NCBI GenBank assembly: GCA_051382295.1
Contig: JBBCAW010000022.1
Location: 11,120 to 75,119, forward strand
Origin: Bdellovibrionota bacterium FG-1
Lineage (GTDB): Bacteria; Bdellovibrionota; UBA1018
DNA: 64,000 nt
Direction of reading: 5' to 3'
Each line of letters begins with the position of its first letter. The first letter of the stretch is position 1. Positions 41,101-50,039 of this stretch are shown here, in pieces. Under the pieces are notes generated by a model, which made no database searches, was not told the DNA's origin, and was given only the letters and a program-made list of their open reading frames with translations. A program made the position numbers and the translations under genes.

Positions 41101-41862
41101 CGCCCCGATCACCATGAGAGCCAGCAAGAACATGGCCCAGCGGATATTTCTTCTTTGACCAAAGACCGCCAGGGATTCTGAAAAACTGCGCTCCGCCGGA
41201 GTCTTGAGCCAAACACCATTTTGGCAAATTTTTTCAAGCTGCGTCAACACCGCATCCCCATCCGTCGACGAACTCAGATGAGGCAACTTACTTTCAATCG
41301 CGTAATAAACTTCCCGACATCGCCCCAAGGCCTGACGACAGGAGTCACAAGCCATGAGATGGTTCTGCAAAAACACTCGCTCACGGCCGGATTCCATCTC
41401 TTCGTCTAAAAAACGTTGAGTCCAGGGATGCCGAGTTTCGTATTCAGGACATCGCGTTCCACGCGCGGGAGCCCCTGATGGATAACTCAGACTCGAATCC
41501 GAGGTCACCCAATTCATCCGGGCCTTCCAAGCCATTTCTTCAATTTGCTCACGGCTCCTATTGAAAATACGACCCAGGCGCGCATACGACCAACACCCCA
41601 GATGAAGCGCAACGAGCAAAAAACGATCCTCCGCACCGAGTCGAAAAAAAGATTGCCCCACCCCGGCAAATGACGCCGAATTTCCCTGCTGAGCGACGCG
41701 GATCAATAGCGCCGAGGCGGCGCGCTCCAGCGCCCGATCTGGAGTTAAATCCAGTAATGACACGGCACTCAAGGTTTCAATAGCGGCCACTTGAGATTCA
41801 TGAGGATCAGCCCAAAGAGCCTGACTCACTTCAGCAAAAATTTTGAGATCATGAAGGTTCAT
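41077..41862 (-). CDS. Sigma region-4-like plus ZAS zinc-finger anti-sigma fusion with C-terminal TM
   Basis: LGAEDRFLL...WSYARLGRIF...MAWKAR (region 4-like); HLMACDSC (HxxxCxxC); TM at end. Confidence 0.6.
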   Translation of the reverse strand: MNLHDLKIFAEVSQALWADPHESQVAAIETLSAVSLLDLTPDRALERAASALLIRVAQQGNSASFAGVGQSFFRLGAEDRFLLVALHLGCWSYARLGRIFNRSREQIEEMAWKARMNWVTSDSSLSYPSGAPARGTRCPEYETRHPWTQRFLDEEMESGRERVFLQNHLMACDSCRQALGRCREVYYAIESKLPHLSSSTDGDAVLTQLEKICQNGVWLKTPAERSFSESLAVFGQRRNIRWAMFLLALMVIGALVHSFGR

Positions 41863-41959
41863 ACTGACAGATCCTTGACAGGTTCCTAAAAATCCGAGAG
41901 CTTAACGTCTCGGATGTAGTTCAGTTTAACATACGAACTGCTTTTGGGGGGAATTCATC

Positions 41960-43282
41960 ATGATCGGACTACGGGCTCGCCGCGAGCTGCGGCTCGGCTG
42001 TGCTATTGTCGTCAATTTTTTAACTCTTTTGTTTATTTCTTTCCCGTTTGACCCCGCCCAGGCTCAAACCCCTTTTGCCAATCCGAACCAATGGGCCGCA
42101 GAGATGCGCTCGAAGGCTAGTCTCATTCTGGAACCCACTCGCGAAAGCGCCAAAACGCAGGACGGCTTAGAGCTTGCCTTCAAGCATTTTCCAAGGCCCG
42201 GTGCGCAACCGGTTTTACTGATTCATGGCCTCGCTCAAAACGATCGTTGCTGGGACTCAACTCTCCGACAATACAGCTTTGCTCGCTTTCTCCACGCTCA
42301 AGGATTTGATGTTTGGCTAGGTAACCTTCGCGGAGCGGGCACCCCTGGGTTTCGAAGTCAGACCCCGGATGGCCCCCATCATTGGACCATCGACGACTAC
42401 GCCATTTACGATCTTCCCGCGCTCGTCGATACGGTTCGCGCTAAAACTGGCCAAGCCCCGTTTGTGATTGGCCATAGCCTTGCGGCCTGGGCCATCGAAG
42501 GCTACTTGGCGGGAATCACCTACGACCGCACCGACGATGGCGCGAGAAGAGTCATTCCGCATCCCCAAGCAGGGCTGGATCGTCAACACTCGCTACGAGG
42601 CGTGGCAACGATCGCAGGTGTCTACAACATGAGGTGGGAGCATTCGATCGCTCAAGCAACGACAGACCCCATCCGCAATGCTTTGGATTATTACCATTCA
42701 GATTATGAGCTTGAGCTATTAGCCAAAATTAAACCCTTGTTTCGGATTATCCCCAGCCTTTGGGCCCTCCCGCTGAACTGGGTTAATACGGCAATCAATT
42801 TGCCACTGGGTCAAATCCCCTGGATTGGTTCGCGATTGACCGAGCTTTATCTCGGCCTTCAAATGGAACTCATTCAAACTCCGATTTTAAACCTGTTTTA
42901 TTTTTCGCCTGAGGTTGATCCTGAGCTCGTTCGACTTCACGCCAAAGATGGTCTCGAAGACTTAGGACCTCACGTCATCGAACAATTGGCTAACGCCATT
43001 AAAGATCAAAAGATCTTGAGTTATTACCATCTTCAACCCACCGAAGAGACCTACGACTATAACCAAATTCAAAAGCATATCGATTTGCCCATGCTTTTTG
43101 TCGGGGGTGGCCGAGATCGACTGGCCAGCGCTCTTGAAGTTTACGAGGATGGTTACCTCAAGACTAACGCTCGCGATAAACAATATATCTACGCCGACAC
43201 TTTCGGGCACATGGACATCCTGAGCGGAATTCACGCCCCGCAAGAAGTGATGATGCCGGTGGCGGAGTGGCTGAAAAAGTAG
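41960..43282 (+). CDS. Secreted alpha/beta hydrolase (lipase-like)
   Basis: PVLLIHGL, GFDVWLGNLRG, GHSLA nucleophile elbow, DRL, FGHMD. Confidence 0.88.
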   Translation: MIGLRARRELRLGCAIVVNFLTLLFISFPFDPAQAQTPFANPNQWAAEMRSKASLILEPTRESAKTQDGLELAFKHFPRPGAQPVLLIHGLAQNDRCWDSTLRQYSFARFLHAQGFDVWLGNLRGAGTPGFRSQTPDGPHHWTIDDYAIYDLPALVDTVRAKTGQAPFVIGHSLAAWAIEGYLAGITYDRTDDGARRVIPHPQAGLDRQHSLRGVATIAGVYNMRWEHSIAQATTDPIRNALDYYHSDYELELLAKIKPLFRIIPSLWALPLNWVNTAINLPLGQIPWIGSRLTELYLGLQMELIQTPILNLFYFSPEVDPELVRLHAKDGLEDLGPHVIEQLANAIKDQKILSYYHLQPTEETYDYNQIQKHIDLPMLFVGGGRDRLASALEVYEDGYLKTNARDKQYIYADTFGHMDILSGIHAPQEVMMPVAEWLKK

Positions 43283-43308
43283 TCCGTACCTTTTGGTTCA
43301 GACCTGCG

Positions 43309-43680
43309 TCATTCACCCTTCTGAAAGGTTCTGATTCCAGCGATCAGATGAACGAGTAAAAAGAGTTGCTGGTTAAACGAAGAATCCAGTCCTTCCATCA
43401 TATTGATCGAAGTCCCCCACCCCTGGAGTAAGGATGCACGAGGATGCAGCGTCAAAAGATCCAAATTAAGAGAAGACCCATGGGCATCGCGCACCACAAT
43501 TTCGGCATCAGGCTCGGCCTCCAAAATCCCCTCGATGACGGCATTTGTATCGTGAGTCATATAGGTCTGGCCCAGAGAATAACTCTTCGCCCCGCGTGAG
43601 GCATGGCTATCGCAACTCACGCCGGTAATTCCTTCAATATCCACTGAGATAAAATACCGATTTTTGCCTGAATTTTTCAT
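43309..43680 (-). pseudogene. dppA: Truncated M55 D-aminopeptidase (DppA) fragment
   Basis: ISVDIEGITGV, VRDAHG, MMEGLDSSF, then unrelated tail; only about 100 homologous aa remain. Confidence 0.75.
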
Positions 43681-43837
43681 AGTCCGAGCACGATCCCACA
43701 TTGGAGACGCTTGTTCAACTTCTTGACTCAGAAGCCCCCCCATGATTCATCATTTTCATGCAAAAAATGACACTCCTCTGGATTTGCCTGGCTACCTGGG
43801 CCATCTCGACCGCCGCACCTGCTGCCACCGGCTCAAC

Positions 43838-44584
43838 ATGAAGAGCGTCATCATTACTGGCGCAAGCGATGGAATTGGCCGAGGCATGGCACTGGCATTC
43901 GCCAAACGCGGCTACAAACTGGGGCTCATCGCGCGAAGAGAATCGCGGCTCAAGGAAGTTGCTGAACTCTGCCTAAAAGCGGGCGCCCCACAGGCTGAAT
44001 ACTCGGCGGTGGACATTACGCAATCTGATCCCTTTCGTGCCGCACTTGAAGCACTGGATAAACGGCTCAGCGGCACGGACATCTTTATCGCCAATGCTGG
44101 ATTTGGAGATTCCGCAGCACCCTCCGAAGACGGCGGCCCCCTCGCGCGCCGAATGGTAGACCTCAACGTCGCCGCGGCTTTTGATGGCATCGAATGGATG
44201 AAGGCAAAAATGGTTACCCAAAAGCATGGCCAAATCGTGGGCATTTCAAGCGTTGCCGGAATCCGGGGTCTTCCAGGTTCAGCGATTTACAGCGCAACCA
44301 AAGCGGCGTTGCGAATTTACCTCGAAGCCCTGCGAATCGAGACCGCCAGCTCTGGCCTCCTGATCACCACGATCGAACCCGGGTTTATTGCAACTGCGGC
44401 AAATCTCAAAAGCGGCCAAACCATGCCGTTTTTAATGAGCGTGGATCGGGCTTCGGAGATCTTCGTGCGAGGGATTCTGGCCTCCAAAAGAAGAATCATC
44501 GCCCCCTGGCCCTACAAAGGAGTGGTCTGGCTCTTGAGCTATCTTCCTTCGAGGGTTTACGCGCTGGCCCGGTTTTTTATCTGA
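43838..44584 (+). CDS. SDR family oxidoreductase
   Basis: TGASDGIG, NAG, YSATK; start ATG 43838. Confidence 0.93.
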   Translation: MKSVIITGASDGIGRGMALAFAKRGYKLGLIARRESRLKEVAELCLKAGAPQAEYSAVDITQSDPFRAALEALDKRLSGTDIFIANAGFGDSAAPSEDGGPLARRMVDLNVAAAFDGIEWMKAKMVTQKHGQIVGISSVAGIRGLPGSAIYSATKAALRIYLEALRIETASSGLLITTIEPGFIATAANLKSGQTMPFLMSVDRASEIFVRGILASKRRIIAPWPYKGVVWLLSYLPSRVYALARFFI

Positions 44585-44766
44585 GCCTTTGAAGCAAAGA
44601 TCCTCCCCCTACACCTGAAACCCTTCCCGCTGAACTGTCTACCCATTAGACACCTGCCTCCCCTCTCACCATCCTCGACACCGACAAACCCACAAGTCCA
44701 CCTCAAACTACCGCAATAACCCGATGTTTTCAAACACATATCACGACTTAACTCATAGTGTCATTA

Positions 44767-44782
44767 TGGCCCCATCCTTGCA
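44767..44782 (+). promoter_or_regulatory. Sigma-54 promoter
   Basis: TGGCCC-CATCC-TTGCA; candidate activator palindrome TGTCTA-N5-TAGACA at 44636-44652. Confidence 0.6.
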
Positions 44783-44794
44783 TTATCTCTCCGT

Positions 44795-45445
44795 ATGCGC
44801 CCCTACATTCGGCACCTAAAACCCGCCCTCTTCTTAGCCCTCTGTTGGGCGACCCTAGGCTGTGGCACTTATTCCAACACCAAGGCCGCCTCAGCGATCA
44901 CCTCATCAGGAGGTGCAGGAGTCGCCACCGGTACCGACACCACGACCTCGTCCCCAACTACAACCGGTGCGACCACCACGGCAGTCCGAAATACCGGTGT
45001 TCCCCCTTATTCATTTCCGATCTCCGGCACGGGCTACGATTCGCACACCATTAGCGTCAGCGCTGGCAAAATTTTGAAAGTCACGTTTAGCCCTGGCACG
45101 CAAGATCGCAACCAATCGGGCACGGGCTACACCTGGAATTACACCGTTTTGGGCGTTTTTATCAGCGTTGGCAGCTCCACCAAGCCCACGCCCCCACTGG
45201 CCAATGGTTATACGGCAGGCCAAGCGCAACGGTCTGACCCGATGGATTTTTCAGGCTCCATTCACTCCACTTGCACCAACTCCGACACCAAATGCCGCCA
45301 GCAAGTGACGATCACTATTCAAAAGCCCAATAACGACGACCAATGCTTCAACTTTGGTGTGGGCTGCCCCTATAACCATGTACCCGATGGACATCCCTGG
45401 AACGGCACCCTCTTAGTGGAAACCGATGACACCAATTCTCTATGA
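44795..45445 (+). CDS. Lipoprotein (paralog of next gene)
   Basis: Lipobox TLGC; Thr-rich linker; Cys-containing beta domain. Confidence 0.8.
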   Translation: MRPYIRHLKPALFLALCWATLGCGTYSNTKAASAITSSGGAGVATGTDTTTSSPTTTGATTTAVRNTGVPPYSFPISGTGYDSHTISVSAGKILKVTFSPGTQDRNQSGTGYTWNYTVLGVFISVGSSTKPTPPLANGYTAGQAQRSDPMDFSGSIHSTCTNSDTKCRQQVTITIQKPNNDDQCFNFGVGCPYNHVPDGHPWNGTLLVETDDTNSL

Positions 45446-45532
45446 ATAAACTTTAGACAGTTGACTAGCTCAATGGACCCGATCCAAGCCGATGAAACGA
45501 AGAATACACTGAAATTATTGAAGAAAGCAAAA

Positions 45533-45548
45533 TGGCCCCAGCGTTGCA
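45533..45548 (+). promoter_or_regulatory. Sigma-54 promoter
   Basis: TGGCCC-CAGCG-TTGCA upstream of the lipoprotein. Confidence 0.6.
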
Positions 45549-45574
45549 AAGATAAAGAATAAGAGAAAGAGGAA

Positions 45575-46279
45575 GTGAGAAATTTTATGACTAACCGACA
45601 AGTTCAAAGAAAACAAAAAATCGCCACCCTACTGACCCTCCTGGGTCTGGCCACCCTTCTTTCGGCTTGCGGCTCCTCGGCCTACCCAGAAGGTTCGGGC
45701 ACCGGCAGCGCCCCTGGAAACCAAACCACCAGCCCCACGCCCGATACTCCAGTATACACGAGCGCAACTCCGACCCCCACGCCTGCAGCAACTTCGGCCG
45801 TGCAAGTCGGAACCTCCGATCAAACCTTTAGCTTCGTGATCGATGGCACCACCCCCTATACCTCGCCCAAAGTATCCACCGACTCTGTTCTTAAGGTCGT
45901 CGTCACCGCCGGAGACGAGCAAACCTTGGCAGGCACAGGTTATACGGTTGGATTTAATTGTGAAAAATTCACCATCACCGTTCTTGGACAATCGACCACC
46001 GCCTTTGTAAAACGTCCTAATTATACTGACGCCTGGCTCAACTATTGGGGCAGCGATCCGTGCGCGTCGGCCCAAGAGTCAGTGACTTTGGATTTTTCTG
46101 GCCGCTTAGCTCAAGGGCACAATCAAGTCACGATTCAGGTCTCCAACCCTATGTATGATAATTGCCGCACCTCATACGATGTTTCACGAGGAGGCTGCCC
46201 TTTATCGAGTCTTTACACCTCTGGAATTCACCACACCGTAGGCGGCAACATCGACGTACAAGTCAATTCGCTCAACTAA
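45575..46279 (+). CDS. Lipoprotein (paralog of previous gene)
   Basis: Lipobox LSAC; shares LKV, GTGYT, DFSG, QVTI, GCP with 44795-45445. Confidence 0.8.
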   Translation: MRNFMTNRQVQRKQKIATLLTLLGLATLLSACGSSAYPEGSGTGSAPGNQTTSPTPDTPVYTSATPTPTPAATSAVQVGTSDQTFSFVIDGTTPYTSPKVSTDSVLKVVVTAGDEQTLAGTGYTVGFNCEKFTITVLGQSTTAFVKRPNYTDAWLNYWGSDPCASAQESVTLDFSGRLAQGHNQVTIQVSNPMYDNCRTSYDVSRGGCPLSSLYTSGIHHTVGGNIDVQVNSLN

Positions 46280-47292
46280 ATCGCCCGGCAACCACTCTGA
46301 ACCAGCGGCGTGAGCACCGACTCCAGATTTTCTTGCTGGGGCTTTTGAAAACTCTTATCGGTGAGAGTCGCAATGGCCTTCATAAAGCGTTGACTATCGT
46401 CGCCGCACGCCTTCCACAGGGCCTCAAACTCCACGCCCCCCGTGCTGTAGGTCTTGAACTGAATTAAAGTCGCATTATTGATGTCGCGCCTAAAACCGAG
46501 TTCCTCTTTCGCTGCCGCCAGGATCCGTCCCTTTTCTTCGGTCTTATCAGACACCGACTTGGACGAAGCATACAACGTCGCCAAGCTTTCATAAATTTCA
46601 TGCAACCGCTTCTCGCGACGATGCCCTTCTTCAAGGCCCTTCAAGTAAGGTTCACGTTCTTGCACGAGGCGCTGCCCCAGAAACTCAGCCGTCAACCGAT
46701 CCGCCACGAAGCTTGCCACACTTTCATTAAAATAAGCCTGCCCATTCAGATACACCGTCGCATGAACCGACTCGTGCAAAACCACGTTGACGAGATCTCC
46801 CAAAGCTTGTGCACCGTCCGGAATCATCGACGACAAAATCGCGTCCCGAAACCAACCCAAAGTGGAATAAGCCCCGGCGCCGCGCAGATCCACATCCCAG
46901 TCCTCGGCCTTCAGTTCCGTAGCAAACCGCTTGGCGTCCTCCAAGTCAAACCAGCCCAAATACGGAAAGCGCCCCACAATCGGGAACGCCCACTCTTTGG
47001 ATTTGAAATTCAATTTTTCGCAGGCACCCACCACCCACACCGCCGCCGGCCGATCAAGCTGAACATACTCAGTGTAATTACTGGTGGGCTTTAGGCCCTT
47101 TTGCTCCCCAAAAGCTTTGATCGGAGCGACTTCCGCTAAAAGTTTCCGAATTCGAGGGGAAATTCGCTCGTTTTTGAGCACCTTTTCAATCGGCGTGGCG
47201 TGATTCAAAAGAGATAGCTGCCCCCGCGTCGCTTGCGTGAGATACCGTGCGGTCGTACAGCCGCTGAGGGAGACCAAAAAAAACAGGGCCAA
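46276..47292 (-). CDS. Putative zinc aminopeptidase lipoprotein (start uncertain)
   Basis: LSGC lipobox, YLTQATRGQL, WAFPIVGRFPYLGWF, AYSTLGWFRD, HESVH, FNESVA. Confidence 0.8.
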   Translation of the reverse strand: MALFFLVSLSGCTTARYLTQATRGQLSLLNHATPIEKVLKNERISPRIRKLLAEVAPIKAFGEQKGLKPTSNYTEYVQLDRPAAVWVVGACEKLNFKSKEWAFPIVGRFPYLGWFDLEDAKRFATELKAEDWDVDLRGAGAYSTLGWFRDAILSSMIPDGAQALGDLVNVVLHESVHATVYLNGQAYFNESVASFVADRLTAEFLGQRLVQEREPYLKGLEEGHRREKRLHEIYESLATLYASSKSVSDKTEEKGRILAAAKEELGFRRDINNATLIQFKTYSTGGVEFEALWKACGDDSQRFMKAIATLTDKSFQKPQQENLESVLTPLVQSGCRAI

Positions 47293-47308
47293 ACTAAAAG
47301 AAGCCCAA

Positions 47309-47893
47309 CTAGAAGAAGAAAGAAAAGCCCGCGTTGAACCCGATATTATCTTTCCAAGTCGAAATATTTCCGCCCGTAAGATCGGCGTCCAACTCCCCTC
47401 GGAGGGCAAAACTTCGCGAAAGATTGATCCTAAGACCCGCCCCCAAAATAACCGTAATGGCATCCACTTCTGAAGCCGGGGCACCCGCACTTCCGTAATT
47501 GCCGCTCGCCTCTCGATTAAGCTGACCTGCACCAATCTTGAAATACGGATCCACAGTGTAGGCTTTTCCCAAAAGCGATTGGACCCAATTGACCGAGTAA
47601 ACTTGATCATGAAACGTTGTATCCTCATAACTCGTAATCGCGGTCCGTTGTACCACGTCTTGAAAGGAGAATTCAAACTCGGATCTCTCACTAAAATGAT
47701 AACCGAATGAGGCACCCCACCGTCGGGTCCAACTGAAATTGCCGCTACCATAATCGGTACGACTGTACGAAAATCCGTTCGAGAGCTCGAATTTCCCGGC
47801 TAAGGCCTCCTGAGGTGCCGCGATCATCGCTAACCCCAATAAGATTCCAAATAGAGCCACGGTTACCACACTTAAAGATCTTTGATTTTCCAT
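47309..47893 (-). CDS. Outer-membrane beta-barrel protein
   Basis: ATG 47893 after GGAG; signal peptide; alternating beta strands; C-terminal Phe (GFSFFF). Confidence 0.8.
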   Translation of the reverse strand: MENQRSLSVVTVALFGILLGLAMIAAPQEALAGKFELSNGFSYSRTDYGSGNFSWTRRWGASFGYHFSERSEFEFSFQDVVQRTAITSYEDTTFHDQVYSVNWVQSLLGKAYTVDPYFKIGAGQLNREASGNYGSAGAPASEVDAITVILGAGLRINLSRSFALRGELDADLTGGNISTWKDNIGFNAGFSFFF

Positions 47894-47921
47894 ACCCTCT
47901 CCTTGGGCGCTATTGTCACGC

Positions 47922-49094
47922 TTAGTCCTCCCGGATTCGCGAAAGCTCATCGATGAGCCTGTGCTTTTCGCGATCTGGCGAATTTCTATCCATATCTTTG
48001 ACATCGACTCCAAACCTTTTGCCTTTGCCAAATTTCTTCTTGGGAAACAGAATTTTTTCTCCGGCCGGCGCTCCCGCCACCATGCGATTAACCCAATGAT
48101 CCCGCAGCGTCGTGCCGGCGCTCTTGGTCTCGGTACGATCGACTTCCTCCGCCGGATCCGTCCAGCCCGCATCATCACGGGAGTATTCCTTGGCCTTCAC
48201 TTTGCGCGCTTTGGCCTGAATTTCCTCGCGGATCGTCGGGGCCATCGAGGCCGGATTGCGTCCTCCCGGCTTGGAAGCGCCAGGCAGTTTACGATTAGCC
48301 GCAAGCCGGGCGGCGACTTCTTCTTCGGTTTCATCGATCACAAGTTCAGCGGCAAAGGTGCGCTCTTGCCGATCCGTGACATTTTGTTTGGCCGTCTCTC
48401 GTTCGTAGGTAGGCACCCGAAGTTCGGCTAATTTAGGCCGAAGCGCCGCTACTCCCAATGCATGCGGAATACTCGGCACCACTCGTTGAAGCTTAAGATT
48501 CAGGGAAGTCGACTCCCCCGCATGAACCACGACTTCACGAGAGGTCTCAAAACGGTTCTGAAATTTCGAGGTCCCCCTGAGGGTGATGACCTGGGTTTCG
48601 TCATCCTCGCGGCTATAAACCACGATCATCGATCCGCCATCGCCCACCGAGGCACGAGCGTTGGTCGTAATGATCCGAAATTCTGGCGTACCTTTGGGAG
48701 CATGGACATACGCCTCGCCCCGATACAAAACAACGTGGTCCCCTGACGCCTGGCCATCCGGATTGTTCTCAGTAAACTGGGCAAACGCGCCCTGCCCCAA
48801 ATGAATACGCTGGCCATCGCGATGATGGAGTTCAATGGCGCCGCTCTTCAGGGACACCCACCCCCCGCAAGGAACGGGCGCCTGTTTCGCCGTCGGCAGC
48901 AAATGGGTTCTCGACGAATCCAAGATATCCGCCTCTCCCGTAATGTTTTGAATGATGGCGCAAGGCACGGCCACGGATTGCTGGGTATCTACTTCACGGG
49001 CATGCAAGACCGGCCCCCCTTGGGTCAACCAAAGGCTGCAGACCGCAACCATCAACAGTGGAGGTGATATTTTATTTTTCTGACGCCACTCCAC
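47922..49094 (-). CDS. FecR-domain protein
   Basis: Probable GTG 49094 after GGAGG; LYRGEAYV, FRIITTNA, TQVITLRG pattern. Confidence 0.65.
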   Translation of the reverse strand: MEWRQKNKISPPLLMVAVCSLWLTQGGPVLHAREVDTQQSVAVPCAIIQNITGEADILDSSRTHLLPTAKQAPVPCGGWVSLKSGAIELHHRDGQRIHLGQGAFAQFTENNPDGQASGDHVVLYRGEAYVHAPKGTPEFRIITTNARASVGDGGSMIVVYSREDDETQVITLRGTSKFQNRFETSREVVVHAGESTSLNLKLQRVVPSIPHALGVAALRPKLAELRVPTYERETAKQNVTDRQERTFAAELVIDETEEEVAARLAANRKLPGASKPGGRNPASMAPTIREEIQAKARKVKAKEYSRDDAGWTDPAEEVDRTETKSAGTTLRDHWVNRMVAGAPAGEKILFPKKKFGKGKRFGVDVKDMDRNSPDREKHRLIDELSRIRED

Positions 49095-49947
49095 GATGAA
49101 CCTCCGTGCGCCTAGATTGAGCATTGACCCAGCCCGCCTCAGTGGAGCGAGGATGATGATCTATCAACTCTGTCAACCAAAACTGGGCTTTCGAATGTTT
49201 GCCGGTACGATTGGCCGCCAAGGCCTTCCACAACCGTGCATGAGCTTGAAACGGAACCGTTTCTTCAGACTCCGCGGCCTTGAGCACCTGGTCGAAATAC
49301 CGCTCCGCCATGGTATAATTGTCGAGGCGATACCAACTCACACCCGTCATCAGATAATTTTTGGGGGTTTTAAAAGCGTCATCATTATCCATCCCCGTTA
49401 AAAAAGTCAGGATAACGGCCGCTTTTTCGTCTTCGCGCGCCTTGAAGTAAGAAACCCCTAAAGTATAAAGCTGGCTAGGCATCAAATTAGTGGGAACTTG
49501 GTACTGAATACTGACCAAATCACGCCCAACCGCACTTCCGGTTTCGGCGTCCAATTTGTGCTCCAAAGCTCTGGTCCGGCTCGAAGCATCTTGGCCTCGG
49601 CAACTAAACTGCTTATTTTCAAGTTCCAACCTGAGATGAGCATTTTCGAGCTTCAGACGATCGTTTTCGACATCGATTTTACGAAAAGACTCGATTTTTT
49701 CCTGAGCACTTTCAAAGGCTTCTGAATAAGTACCCAAAACCCACTTCAGCACCCCGGGCGAGTTCGAGACTGGCTTGGCCTGAGTGTGCACGCCCGAAGT
49801 ATGCTTAGAAAGGCCGACCTTGCCACTCACGACAAGTAGCCCCCCCGTCACAGAAATGACAGCCAGGCCGGTCATTCCCACGACGAATGTGCGGCGCTTA
49901 GCGGTCCAAAAAGTCTTAATTTTCTCTACGAGTTCTTTACGGTCCAT
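49072..49947 (-). CDS. Membrane-anchored coiled-coil/TPR protein
   Basis: N-terminal TM, coiled coil, TPR helices ending LIDHHPRSTEA. Confidence 0.7.
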   Translation of the reverse strand: MDRKELVEKIKTFWTAKRRTFVVGMTGLAVISVTGGLLVVSGKVGLSKHTSGVHTQAKPVSNSPGVLKWVLGTYSEAFESAQEKIESFRKIDVENDRLKLENAHLRLELENKQFSCRGQDASSRTRALEHKLDAETGSAVGRDLVSIQYQVPTNLMPSQLYTLGVSYFKAREDEKAAVILTFLTGMDNDDAFKTPKNYLMTGVSWYRLDNYTMAERYFDQVLKAAESEETVPFQAHARLWKALAANRTGKHSKAQFWLTELIDHHPRSTEAGWVNAQSRRTEVHRGVASEK

Positions 49948-49957
49948 CTCAAGACCC

Positions 49958-49985
49958 TAATCGGATAACGAGAGGATGAACTTAA
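49958..49985 (-). promoter_or_regulatory. Putative sigma-28 (FliA)-type promoter
   Basis: TTAAG-N16-CCGATTA on the minus strand, 10 bp before ATG 49947. Confidence 0.45.
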
Positions 49986-50039
49986 GAGATTTGTGGACTT
50001 CCCCTCCAGTTATGCGAAATAGAGGGGGAGAAAAAAGCC

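Noticed and set aside
44703..45495. Further sigma-28-like sites at 44703 and 45470
   Set aside because: Spacing (13-14 nt) disagrees with the two N16 sites, and sigma-54 boxes explain these promoters better.
47293..48178. Long N-terminal extensions of ORFs 46276-47751 and 47309-48178
   Set aside because: They overlap neighbouring real genes on the same strand; signal peptides and RBS indicate later starts.
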